From Candidatus Magasanikiibacteriota bacterium (GTDB taxonomy: Bacteria > Patescibacteriota > Patescibacteriia > Magasanikbacterales > GWA2-37-8), in the NCBI GenBank assembly GCA_903853785.1, contig CAINUM010000063.1, forward strand, positions 2,974-66,973: 64,000 nucleotides of DNA, given 5' to 3'. A program made the position numbers and the translations under genes. Below the pieces are notes generated by a model. The model saw only the letters and a list, made by a program, of their open reading frames with translations, made no database searches and had not been told where the DNA came from. Within the stretch, counting starts at the first letter, position 1. Each line of letters opens with the position of its first letter. Positions 27,249 through 34,877 of the stretch are shown here, piece after piece.

Positions 27249-27557
27249 ATGAAGATTAAATCAAACGACAAAGTAAAAATTATTAAGGGCAAAGATCGCA
27301 ACAAAGAAGGCAAAGTTATTCAAGTTTTTCCAGTTGCCGGTAAAGTAGTGGTCGAAGGCTTAAACTTAATGAAAAAACATTTGCGTACTCGCAAAGCTGG
27401 TGAAAAAGGTCAAGTGATCGAATTATCTGCTCCAGTACGTGTAGAAAATGTTTCATTGGTTTGCCCAAAATGCAACCACACTACACGCGTTGGTTTTAAA
27501 TTAGATGGCAAAGATAAGAAACGCGTTTGCCGCAAATGTAAAGAGTTTATTGACTAA
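27249..27557 (+). CDS. rplX: 50S ribosomal protein L24
   Basis: KOW motif, VVVEGLN; CPKC...CRKC. Confidence 0.97.
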   Translation: MKIKSNDKVKIIKGKDRNKEGKVIQVFPVAGKVVVEGLNLMKKHLRTRKAGEKGQVIELSAPVRVENVSLVCPKCNHTTRVGFKLDGKDKKRVCRKCKEFID

Positions 27558-27561
27558 TATT

Positions 27562-28104
27562 ATGACTCCTAATTTATACCAAAAATACAAAGACGAGATA
27601 GTTCCAGCTTTAAAGGCTGAATTAAAATTGAAAAATACCATGCAGGTTCCAAAAATTACTAAAGTGGTAATCAATGCTGGTGTTGGTCGTTTTATAAAAG
27701 ATGCTGGTTATATCGATAATGTTGAAAAGACATTAGCGAAAATTACTGGTCAAAAGCCAATTCGCACTAAAGCAAAAAAAGCAATTTCAAACTTTAAAAT
27801 CAGACAAGGTCAGGAAATCGGAGTAGTAGTTACTTTGCACGGAAAACGTATGTATCAATTTTTAGAAAAATTGGTAAATGTAAGTTTTCCACGTATCCGT
27901 GATTTCCGCGGTATTACTGATAAGGCTTTTGATCGTCAGGGAAACTACACCTTGGGTTTGAAAGAAAATACTGCTTTTCCAGAAGTTAAGACCGGTGAAA
28001 TCGAAAAAATGCACGGTTTACAGATTATTATCAACACAACAGCTGTAGATAATGTTGGCGGAAAAGCATTGTTAACTCATCTAGGTTTTCCTTTTATAAA
28101 ATAA
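27562..28104 (+). CDS. rplE: 50S ribosomal protein L5
   Basis: QVPKITKVVINAGVG, ITGQKP, PRIRDFRG, FDRQGNY; start moved to ATG 27562. Confidence 0.98.
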   Translation: MTPNLYQKYKDEIVPALKAELKLKNTMQVPKITKVVINAGVGRFIKDAGYIDNVEKTLAKITGQKPIRTKAKKAISNFKIRQGQEIGVVVTLHGKRMYQFLEKLVNVSFPRIRDFRGITDKAFDRQGNYTLGLKENTAFPEVKTGEIEKMHGLQIIINTTAVDNVGGKALLTHLGFPFIK

Positions 28105-28107
28105 TAT

Positions 28108-28293
28108 ATGGCTACAGAAGCACAAATTTCTAAGTCAAACAAAAAACCAAAATTTTCTACTAGAATTGTACGTCGCTGCTGGAAATGTGGCCGCAAACGT
28201 GCTTTTATGCGCCACTTTGGTTTGTGCCGCATCTGCTTTCGTGAATTGGCCAACGCCGGTAAATTACCTGGCGTACGAAAGTCAAGCTGGTAA
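28108..28293 (+). CDS. rpsZ: 30S ribosomal protein S14, zinc-binding type Z
   Basis: 61 aa, CWKCGR...[15 protein letters not shown]. Confidence 0.97.
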   Translation: MATEAQISKSNKKPKFSTRIVRRCWKCGRKRAFMRHFGLCRICFRELANAGKLPGVRKSSW

Positions 28294-28331
28294 TTAATTA
28301 TATTTTATAACATTAAATAACAACTGTATTT

Positions 28332-28721
28332 ATGATGACTGATCCAATCGCGGACATGCTCACTCGCATTCGAAATGCGTACCACGTACGTAAACCCGAA
28401 GCGACATTTCCATTTTCCAAACTAAAGATGAAAATCTGTGAAATTTTGGTACGAGAAGGATATTTGGAAAAAGCTGAAGCTGTCGAAGAAAAACATCCAC
28501 AGATTATGGTAACTTTAAAGTATGCTGGACGTCAGGGTGCTTTAGAAAGTATCAAAAGAATTAGTAAACCAGGTTCACGCTATTATGTACAAGCAGCTGA
28601 CATCAAAAAAGTACTTAATGGTTACGGCGTATCAGTTTTGTCCACTTCTAAAGGCATCATGACAGGCAAAGAAGCTCGTGAAGCAAAATTAGGTGGCGAA
28701 TTGATTTGCGAAGTGTATTAA
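28332..28721 (+). CDS. rpsH: 30S ribosomal protein S8
   Basis: TDPIADMLTRIRNA, ISKPG, STSKG, GGELIC. Confidence 0.99.
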   Translation: MMTDPIADMLTRIRNAYHVRKPEATFPFSKLKMKICEILVREGYLEKAEAVEEKHPQIMVTLKYAGRQGALESIKRISKPGSRYYVQAADIKKVLNGYGVSVLSTSKGIMTGKEAREAKLGGELICEVY

Positions 28722-28747
28722 TCAGACGAATTATTTAAATAAAACAT

Positions 28748-29296
28748 ATGTCTCGTATTGGTAAAAAAGTTAGAACAATACCACAAGGCGTAACTGTGGA
28801 AGTAAAAGGCGACGATTTGGTTGTTAAAGGACCAAAAGGTGAATTGCGCTTAAAATTACATTCCCGCGTTACCGTATCCACTGCTGATGGTAAAGTGACT
28901 GTTAGTGTGATCAATGAAGAAAACACCAAAGACAAAGCTTTATGGGGAACATTTTCCAGTATTATTGAAAATATGTTGGAAGGTGTAACTGTTGGTTTTA
29001 AAAAACAATTAGAAATCAATGGTGTTGGTTATAAAGCTAACCTAAAAGGTGAAAGTTTGGTGTTGGAAGTTGGTTTTTCTCATCCTGTTGAAATAAAACC
29101 GGTGGCCGGCATTAAATTTGAAGTAGAGAAAAATGTGATCACAGTTGTTGGGCACGATAAACAAATGGTTGGTGAGATGGCTGCTCAAATTCGTAGTACT
29201 AAAAAAGTAGAACCTTATAAAGGCAAAGGCATCAAATATGTTGGTGAGGTAGTACGCCGCAAGGCAGGTAAGACCGCTGCTAAAGGAGCTGCATAA
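28748..29296 (+). CDS. rplF: 50S ribosomal protein L6
   Basis: MSRIGK, KGPKGEL, GVGYKA, GFSHP, EPYKGKGI. Confidence 0.99.
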   Translation: MSRIGKKVRTIPQGVTVEVKGDDLVVKGPKGELRLKLHSRVTVSTADGKVTVSVINEENTKDKALWGTFSSIIENMLEGVTVGFKKQLEINGVGYKANLKGESLVLEVGFSHPVEIKPVAGIKFEVEKNVITVVGHDKQMVGEMAAQIRSTKKVEPYKGKGIKYVGEVVRRKAGKTAAKGAA

Positions 29297-29321
29297 TTTA
29301 GCTTAAAGAATATATAAAAAT

Positions 29322-29696
29322 ATGCGTAGATTGACCAAGAAAAATAAAAATGGATTACGTCAAATACGTCATGCTCGTGTTCGTGCTCATTTGAGTGGTA
29401 CACAAGCAAGACCTCGTTTGTCTGTTTTCCGCAGTTTGAGAAGTATTACTGCTCAATTGATTAATGATGAAACTGGTAAAACATTAGTTCAAGCTAGTGG
29501 AAAAGAAGTTGCTAAAGAAAAAGCCGAAGGCTTGTCAGGAAAGATTGCAACTGCTAGTTTAGTTGGTAAAAAAATTGCTGAAAAAGCCAAAGCAGCCGGC
29601 ATTACTAAAGTAGTGTTTGACCGTGGAGGTTACCAATATCATGGACGCGTTGCGGCTTTAGCCGAAGGTGCTCGTGCTGGTGGCTTGGAATTTTAA
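29322..29696 (+). CDS. rplR: 50S ribosomal protein L18
   Basis: [31 protein letters not shown]. Confidence 0.99.
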   Translation: MRRLTKKNKNGLRQIRHARVRAHLSGTQARPRLSVFRSLRSITAQLINDETGKTLVQASGKEVAKEKAEGLSGKIATASLVGKKIAEKAKAAGITKVVFDRGGYQYHGRVAALAEGARAGGLEF

Positions 29697-29718
29697 TTTG
29701 TAATATTGATTTAAATTT

Positions 29719-30297
29719 ATGCAAAAAAGTTTCAAGAGACCAGGAAGAGAAAAAGAAAAATCCGAGTTTGATTCCAATATTTTGGATTTAGCTCGCGTTA
29801 CCCGCGTTACTGAAGGTGGAAAACATATGAGTTTTCGTGCTTTGGTAGTTGTTGGTGATCGCAAGGGCCGCGTCGGATTTGGCGTTGAAAAAGGAAAAGA
29901 CGTTCAGATTGGTGTAGACAAAGCTACTCGTCAAGCAAAAAAGAACTTGATTAAAGTACCAATTGTAAATGAAACTATTCCTCACGCTGTTTACATGAAA
30001 TTCAAAGCAGCTAAAGTGATGTTGAAACCAGCTCCAAAAGGTTCTGGTATTATCGCCGGTGGTGCAGTACGCGTAGTATTGGATCTAGCTGGTGTACCAA
30101 ATGTTTCTTCAAAAATTATCGGAAAAACAAAAAATAAAATTACTATTATCAAAGCTACATTTGAAGCTTTAAAAGCTTTGCATGTTAGTGCTCCAAGACA
30201 CAATACTAAATTTACTCCAGTTGCAGCTTCTCAAGCAAAAGAAGTAAAGACTGAAGTAAAAGTTAGTACTGAAAAAACTAGCAAAATTAAGAAATAA
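29719..30297 (+). CDS. rpsE: 30S ribosomal protein S5
   Basis: RVTRVTEGG, FRALVVVGD, PAPKGSGIIAGG. Confidence 0.98.
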   Translation: MQKSFKRPGREKEKSEFDSNILDLARVTRVTEGGKHMSFRALVVVGDRKGRVGFGVEKGKDVQIGVDKATRQAKKNLIKVPIVNETIPHAVYMKFKAAKVMLKPAPKGSGIIAGGAVRVVLDLAGVPNVSSKIIGKTKNKITIIKATFEALKALHVSAPRHNTKFTPVAASQAKEVKTEVKVSTEKTSKIKK

Positions 30298-30305
30298 ATT
30301 TTTTT

Positions 30306-30746
30306 ATGAAATTAGCCATCCATACTTTAAAGGCTTCTAAGGGTTCCCGCCACACCGCTAAAAAACTTGGCCGTGGTAACGCCTCTGGTCATGGAAATTA
30401 TTCCGGACATGGTGGTAAAGGACAAACTGCTCGTTCTGGTGGTAGTCGTGGTTTGAAATTGAAAGGTTTCAAACGCTTAATGCAATCTACTCCAAAATTA
30501 CGCGGTTTTACTAGTATTGCTACAAGACCAACTGAAGTATTTTTGAGTGATTTAGAAAAACATTTTGCCGCTGGTGAAACTGTTAATCTTGTAACTTTAA
30601 AAGAAAAAAATGTTATTGCTGCTTCTGTAAAAACTGCTAAAGTAGTTGGAACAGGGGAGTTAAAGAAAAAATTAACAGTTGAAGGTTTGAAAACAACTGC
30701 TAGTGCAAAAATTGCTATTGAAAAAGCCGGAGGAGAAGTTAAATAA
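30306..30746 (+). CDS. rplO: 50S ribosomal protein L15
   Basis: LGRGNASG, GGKGQTARSG, PKLRGF, IEKAGG. Confidence 0.97.
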   Translation: MKLAIHTLKASKGSRHTAKKLGRGNASGHGNYSGHGGKGQTARSGGSRGLKLKGFKRLMQSTPKLRGFTSIATRPTEVFLSDLEKHFAAGETVNLVTLKEKNVIAASVKTAKVVGTGELKKKLTVEGLKTTASAKIAIEKAGGEVK

Positions 30747-30758
30747 CCCCTTCTTTTT

Positions 30759-32033
30759 ATGTTGGAAAAAATTGAACAAGTTTGGAATATTAAGGAAATT
30801 AGAAACAATATTTTGTTTGTAATTGCAATGTTGGTTGTTTTCCGTTTGGCTTCACATGTACCAGTTCCAGGAGTAAATGTAGCAAATTTGAAAAGTTATT
30901 TGGCTGGAAATCAGATCTTAGGTTTGTTGAACGTATTTTCAGGTGGTACTATGGCCAACTTTTCAGTTATCATGTTGGGCGTAGCTCCATATATTACTGC
31001 TTCAATTATATTTCAATTGCTTGCGATGATCGTACCTGCTTTAGAAGAAATGACTAAAGAAGGAGAGTCCGGTCAACAACGCATCAATATGTATACTCGT
31101 TATTTGACTGTACCACTAGCATTTTTGCAATCTTTTGGTATGATCAGATTGTTACAAAATTCTTCTCGTCCAATTTTATCCGACCTGACAACTTTTAGAA
31201 TGATCACTATCATGGCAACTATTACTGCTGGAACTATGTTCTTGGTGTGGTTGGGTGAATTGATCTCTGAAAAGAAGGTTGGAAATGGAATGTCTTTGTT
31301 GATTTTTGCTGGTATCGTAGCTTCATTACCAACTATTTTACGTACTGCTTTTGTAAATTACACATCAGCCGATCTTTACACTTTTGTAATGATGGCCGGT
31401 GTAGCTGTTTTAACAGTGGTGGGTGTTGTGTTTATCAACGAAGGTCAACGTAATATTCCAGTAACATATGCCAAGCAAATGCGTGGTAATCATGTTTACG
31501 GAGGATCATCTTCACACTTACCAATTCGTGTAAATATGTCTGGTGTTATTCCAATTATCTTTGCAATTTCTCTAGTATTATTTCCTCCAATGGTTGCGCA
31601 GTTTTTTGTACATGCTCGCAGTGCTTGGTTATCAACAATGGCTGTTAAAACTATCGCATTGTTTCAAAATCAAATTTTTTACGGCTTTGCTTATTTCTTT
31701 TTAGTATTTTTCTTTACATATTTCTACACTGCTGTAATTTTCCACCCTCAAAAAATTGCGGAGAATTTACAACGCCAAGGTGGATTTATTCCTGGTATTC
31801 GTCCAGGTAAGGAAACGGAAAAATATTTGGGCATGACTGTTAATCGCATCAATTTAATCGGTGCAACTTTCTTGGGTCTGATTGCCATTTTGCCTTTGTT
31901 AGTTCAAGGTGCATCTGGTTCAACTTCATTCAAGATTGGTGGTACTAGTTTGTTGATCGTAGTAGCAGTAGCTATTGAGGCGGCTAAACAAATTGAGTCT
32001 CAGGTGACGATGCATGAGTACGACAGAATTTAA
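30759..32033 (+). CDS. secY: Protein translocase subunit SecY
   Basis: LGVAPYITASII, WLGELI, GNGMSLLIF, GVIPIIFA, IPGIRPG, GGTSLLI. Confidence 0.99.
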   Translation: MLEKIEQVWNIKEIRNNILFVIAMLVVFRLASHVPVPGVNVANLKSYLAGNQILGLLNVFSGGTMANFSVIMLGVAPYITASIIFQLLAMIVPALEEMTKEGESGQQRINMYTRYLTVPLAFLQSFGMIRLLQNSSRPILSDLTTFRMITIMATITAGTMFLVWLGELISEKKVGNGMSLLIFAGIVASLPTILRTAFVNYTSADLYTFVMMAGVAVLTVVGVVFINEGQRNIPVTYAKQMRGNHVYGGSSSHLPIRVNMSGVIPIIFAISLVLFPPMVAQFFVHARSAWLSTMAVKTIALFQNQIFYGFAYFFLVFFFTYFYTAVIFHPQKIAENLQRQGGFIPGIRPGKETEKYLGMTVNRINLIGATFLGLIAILPLLVQGASGSTSFKIGGTSLLIVVAVAIEAAKQIESQVTMHEYDRI

Positions 32034-32054
32034 AATCAAATACCTCTAATTTTC

Positions 32055-32166
32055 ATAAAAAAACACAGGTCACAACCACTCTTTCGCTTTTTTGACCCGC
32101 GAGGGTCAAAGGATGAGCTTCGGCTCATAACCCGCTCAAGAGTAATTGTGACCTGTGTTTTTTTAT
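32055..32166. repeat. 21-bp perfect inverted repeat enclosing two tetraloop hairpins (terminator or structured element)
   Basis: ATAAAAAAACACAGGTCACAA...TTGTGACCTGTGTTTTTTTAT; inner TTTGACCC-GCGA-GGGTCAAA and ATGAGC-TTCG-GCTCAT. Confidence 0.85.
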
Positions 32167-32194
32167 TCTACAAAATAGTATATACTTGATTGAT

Positions 32195-34309
32195 ATGGAT
32201 TTAGAGAAATCAGTGTCTACATTAAATAAAGTTGGGGTTGCGGTAGTGAAGAAATTGGATAAAATCGGTATTCATACTATCGGCGATTTGTTGTATTATT
32301 TTCCATTTCGTTATGATGATTATCAAGGGGTGGTAGGGATTAAAGAATTACAAGAAGGTAAATTGGTTTCAGTGAAAGCAAAGGTAGAATTAATCGCCAA
32401 TCGAAGAAGCTTTAAAACTCGCAAAATAATAACAGAAGCACTTGTATCTGATGGCAATAATAGCTTACGGATTATTTGGTTTAATCAGCCGTATGTTATA
32501 AAAAATATAAAGCCCGGCGATGTTTTTATATTTACCGGAGTTGTAAAAACGGATATGCTTGGACCACAATTAATCGCTCCAAGTTATGAGCGAGCAATTG
32601 ATGCAGAAAATACTTCACATCCAAAATTAGTACCAATTTATTTTTTAACCGCTGGTTTATCTCAAAAGTACTTACGTTTTCTAATAAAACAAGCTCTTCT
32701 AGAAATTAATAACTTGAAAGATTATATACCTACAGAAGTAATTGAAGAAAATGATTTTTTGCCACTGAATTTAGCTTTACAAGGCATCCATTTTCCAGAA
32801 GATAATAATGATTTAGCAAACAGTCAGAAGCGTTTAAAATTTGATGAAATATTTTTGGTTCAACTTAAATCTGAATTATCTAGAAAAAATCGTCTTCAAC
32901 AAAAAGCACCAAAAATAGTATTTAAAGAAAATGAAATTAAAGAATTGGTTAGTCAGCTGCCATTTGTTTTGACGAAATCACAAAAAATATCTGCTTGGGA
33001 AATTTTGAAAGATTTGGAAAAAACTAGTCCAATGAATAGATTATTATCAGGGGATGTTGGATCTGGTAAAACAGTTGTGGCCGCGATGAGTTTGTATTGT
33101 GCGACACTAAATGGTTTTCAAGCTATCATGATGGCGCCAACGGAAATTCTGGCAAAGCAGCATTTTCAAAGTTTGGAAAGACTGTTGTCAAAATATTTAA
33201 ATATTGCACTGCTTACTAGGTCGCAATTCTTGGGAGTAGTAAATAATCAACCAGTAGAATATAAAAAGAAAGATTTGATCAAAGGTGTTAGTGAGGGTCA
33301 ATTTAGTATAGTAATAGGAACGCATACTTTGTTGTCTGAAAAAATAATATTAAATAAACTGGCTTTAGTTGTTATTGATGAACAACATCGTTTTGGTGTA
33401 AAACAAAGAAAAATGATCAAGGAAAAGATTACTGGTTTAAATGGTTTGATGGCACATTTTTTGAGCATGACTGCCACTCCAATACCACGTTCATTAGCTT
33501 TGACATTGTATGGTGATTTGGATTTATCAACCATAGATGAAATGCCACTTGGGCGTAAAACCATAACAACAAGGTTGGTGGAGTCTCACAATCGTCAAAA
33601 AGCGTATGATTTTATTGCTGAGCAGGTTAAGAAAGGACGACAAGCGTTTGTAGTATGTCCGCTAATTTTGCCCGCAGATAGTTTGCAAAATGATAATAAA
33701 GAGGCTGTATTCTTCGATTTAGCCAACGAAAAGAAAAGTGTAGTGAAAGAGTTTGAATATTTATCAAAAAAAATTTATCCGAATTTTAAAGTTGGATATT
33801 TGCATGGCAAAATGCCTGGCAAAGAAAAAGATGAAATAATGCAAAAATTTAAAAAAGGTGAAATTGATATTTTAATTTCTACTTCTGTAGTAGAGGTTGG
33901 GGTAGACATTCCGAACGCTAGCGTGATGATGGTAGAAGGTGCAGAAAGGTTTGGCTTGGCTCAACTTCATCAATTTCGAGGTCGAGTAGGTCGATCTGAC
34001 CACCAGTCATATTGTCTACTTTTTACTACTAACGAAGCGAGGGGTAATACTTTAGACCGTTTGATTTTTTTTGAAAAAAATAATAGCGGTTTTAAATTAG
34101 CGGAAAAAGATTTAGATACTCGCGGTCCAGGTGAAGTTTATGGTGATTTACAAAGTGGTCAAGAAGTATGGAAATTAGCCGGACCAATGGATAGTGAAAT
34201 AATTAAAATTGCTAGATTTGCCGCAGCAAGAATCGCACCTCTTTTAAATAAATATCCAAATTTAAAGGAAAAAATTAATGATTTTATTTTAGGAAATCAT
34301 TGGGAATAA
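32195..34309 (+). CDS. recG: ATP-dependent DNA helicase RecG
   Basis: MNRLLSGDVGSGKT, MAPTEILA, DEQHRFGV, MTATPIPR, GLAQLHQFRGRVGR. Confidence 0.98.
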   Translation: MDLEKSVSTLNKVGVAVVKKLDKIGIHTIGDLLYYFPFRYDDYQGVVGIKELQEGKLVSVKAKVELIANRRSFKTRKIITEALVSDGNNSLRIIWFNQPYVIKNIKPGDVFIFTGVVKTDMLGPQLIAPSYERAIDAENTSHPKLVPIYFLTAGLSQKYLRFLIKQALLEINNLKDYIPTEVIEENDFLPLNLALQGIHFPEDNNDLANSQKRLKFDEIFLVQLKSELSRKNRLQQKAPKIVFKENEIKELVSQLPFVLTKSQKISAWEILKDLEKTSPMNRLLSGDVGSGKTVVAAMSLYCATLNGFQAIMMAPTEILAKQHFQSLERLLSKYLNIALLTRSQFLGVVNNQPVEYKKKDLIKGVSEGQFSIVIGTHTLLSEKIILNKLALVVIDEQHRFGVKQRKMIKEKITGLNGLMAHFLSMTATPIPRSLALTLYGDLDLSTIDEMPLGRKTITTRLVESHNRQKAYDFIAEQVKKGRQAFVVCPLILPADSLQNDNKEAVFFDLANEKKSVVKEFEYLSKKIYPNFKVGYLHGKMPGKEKDEIMQKFKKGEIDILISTSVVEVGVDIPNASVMMVEGAERFGLAQLHQFRGRVGRSDHQSYCLLFTTNEARGNTLDRLIFFEKNNSGFKLAEKDLDTRGPGEVYGDLQSGQEVWKLAGPMDSEIIKIARFAAARIAPLLNKYPNLKEKINDFILGNHWE

Positions 34310-34344
34310 ATAAATTCGTATCTTTTTCATCAATTAGCAAAGTG

Positions 34345-34373
34345 TAGACTTGTGCTGTTTTTTTTGTTATAAT
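34345..34373 (+). promoter_or_regulatory. Sigma70-type promoter of GC-rich island C
   Basis: TAGACT-17-TATAAT with extended -10 TG. Confidence 0.7.
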
Positions 34374-34448
34374 CTGCGCTAAGATCAATAATCACTGGTT
34401 TTGCGTAGGGACGCGAGATTCGGTGGTCAACAAGAGGGGACCTGTCTA

Positions 34449-34685
34449 ATGTCCGGCCAAGATAAAATTCTGCATTTCGGCATTCCCATCAAAGTGATGG
34501 GGCACAAGATTCGCACGATTCGTAGCCCGTTTCGCGGTATCGTGCAAGTCGCGGTCATTCGTCCGTCTGCCCGTGGTGGTGAGATAGTTCTTCGCTGGAA
34601 GGACATCAACCAACTCGGCATCAATCGGGCTGACCTCGACAGTGCGTTCCGAAAGCAGATGAAGGGGGCTGTTTCCCTGTTCTAG
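34449..34685 (+). CDS. GC-rich small ORF C (78 aa), function unknown
   Basis: AAGAGGGGA before the ATG; MSGQDKILHFG...GAVSLF; TAG stop; hairpins follow at 34723-34738 and 34763-34788. Confidence 0.55.
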   Translation: MSGQDKILHFGIPIKVMGHKIRTIRSPFRGIVQVAVIRPSARGGEIVLRWKDINQLGINRADLDSAFRKQMKGAVSLF

Positions 34686-34877
34686 CCCTATGGGGCGTTC
34701 CTACAATTTAGTAGTTCAATGCAGTCGCGCGAGCGACTTTACTGACCTGATTGCAGGCAGCTGGCTGTGGATTTCTTAATTCGCAGCCTTTGCATTTAAA
34801 ACACTCTCCAACATATATTACATTGTCAAGAATGACTCTATTGTGATAAAATATAGCCATTAAATAAGAAAATTATT

